From NCBI RefSeq assembly GCF_040938485.1, contig NW_027271821.1, positions 186,001-250,000 of the forward strand: 64,000 nt of DNA, written 5' to 3'. The notes below the pieces were generated by a model, which did no database searches, was not told the DNA's origin, and was given only the letters and a program-made list of their open reading frames with translations. Each line of letters starts with the position of its first letter. The first letter of the stretch is position 1. Position numbers and translations under genes: made by a program. Origin of the DNA: Diadema antillarum. Its lineage: Eukaryota. Positions 63,401-64,000 of this stretch are shown here, piece after piece.

Positions 63401-63941
63401 CATTACGACAAAGTCAAAGTTCTGAAATGTAGTGAAAGTGCACGAGGTAGCATAGCGATAAAATTCATTAGTACTTTTATGCCTATATTGTGTTCTCTTC
63501 TTTTTCCTGTTTTCCACCATTTCAACACTTCTCAACTTTATTTAACAAGAGCCCCTCTGTGACCTCTTTAAGTCTTTTCGAAACAGTTACATAGAATTCA
63601 ACTATCTTTTTTTCTTATTTTTGGCCAACGCCTCCCGAAGCTCTTTCCAGGTATGCCGCGACTTCGCGACGTAGCTGCACACCTGAGAGAAGCGAGGGTA
63701 GCGATATTTAATTCTTTCATTTATGTGACTTATCATACTTGATGTCCAACAGCTGGTTGATTTCCTTCAGCTGATGCTAAACGCCCAGAGTCCCTCCAGC
63801 GAAGTCGACCAACTTCCCGCTGACGAAAAAGATGACGAAGACGACATCCATGCCGACATCGAGCGTCATCACAACATGGAATACCACGCCAATAAATATG
63901 CGCAGCGCATTCAGCTCTCTGATACGGAGCTCATCGGTCAG
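53100..63941 (+). CDS. Cytochrome P450, clan 3, CYP-C; exons 1-9, 3' end beyond the window: 53100-53176, 57279-57372, 57605-57657, 58452-58548, 59139-59255, 61176-61264, 61949-62097, 62723-62862, 63753-63941
   Basis: Same intron phases as CYP-B, with sizes 53/97/117/89/149 for exons 3-7. MEVEIFGWAMPLSWFLLLAAVILYF anchor, YDTWCHTYWRRKGV, WKEVRNLLTPTFSGSKM, MDTIGSCAFG, LVDFLQLM..LSDTELIGQ. Confidence 0.93.
56092..56163 (-). mobile_element. Second L2/CR1-like 3' tail remnant, CYP-C intron 1
   Basis: The reverse complement reads gtgcccttagaaaca..taagcgccttataaatgca..tattattatt, similar to 40291-40380. Confidence 0.4.
59540..59786. mobile_element. About 250-bp MITE in CYP-C intron 5
   Basis: atat|gaagagcttgttcgcaaaaaccgataagtccat ... 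atggacttatcggtttttgcgaacaaactcttc|atat; about 33-bp TIR (39 bp including flanks) with one mismatch. Confidence 0.75.
62954..63107. other. Assembly gap (154 N) in CYP-C intron 8
   Basis: Run of n. Confidence 0.99.
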
Positions 63942-64000
63942 GTGAGACTTTTTACTTCCGGGTCACGTGACAGCCCATATTTACAATGTCCTACAATCAA

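Noticed and set aside
62932-63562. Long ORFs (up to 204 aa) here and around 38128-38758 and 40624-41137
   Set aside because: Their length comes from runs of N translated as X
1-64000. tRNA, rRNA or other structured RNA genes
   Set aside because: No cloverleaf, A/B-box pair or rRNA-like conserved segment was recognised by eye; a covariance-model search would be needed to exclude them

Overview
Intron-rich, AT-rich animal genomic DNA; an invertebrate deuterostome such as an echinoderm is my inference. The supplied ORF track mostly shows exon fragments. Five genes lie in tandem on the + strand, with exons reconstructed by hand from GT-AG sites and frame continuity. (1) The 3' half of a clan-3 cytochrome P450 (CYP-A, 115-3712). 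(2) An FMN-dependent 2-hydroxyacid oxidase (HAO-A, 9030-22208) whose first coding exon is split by a 5.29-kb Academ-type DNA transposon derivative (9047-14334). (3) An intact HAO paralogue (HAO-B, 28140-34707, 377 aa, C-terminal CRL). (4) A complete 13-exon P450 (CYP-B, 37251-49176, 540 aa) whose 3' 6.8 kb is a near-identical copy of the CYP-A region. (5) The first nine exons of a more divergent P450 (CYP-C, 53100-63941, running off the window). The most unusual object is the transposon. It is almost wholly an imperfect palindrome, with long modular TIRs and two head-to-head decayed XPG/FEN1-like nuclease fragments around a 16-nt loop, and its right end supplies a 3' splice site that could restore HAO-A in frame. 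Other leads: an invariant DDIHADIERHH motif in a variable P450 loop, HAO substrate pockets lacking the glycolate-oxidase Trp, exon-level gene conversion between the HAOs, and a GC/GT donor choice that would switch the peroxisomal signal of HAO-A on or off. Three short N gaps fall in introns. All identities are by-eye estimates.
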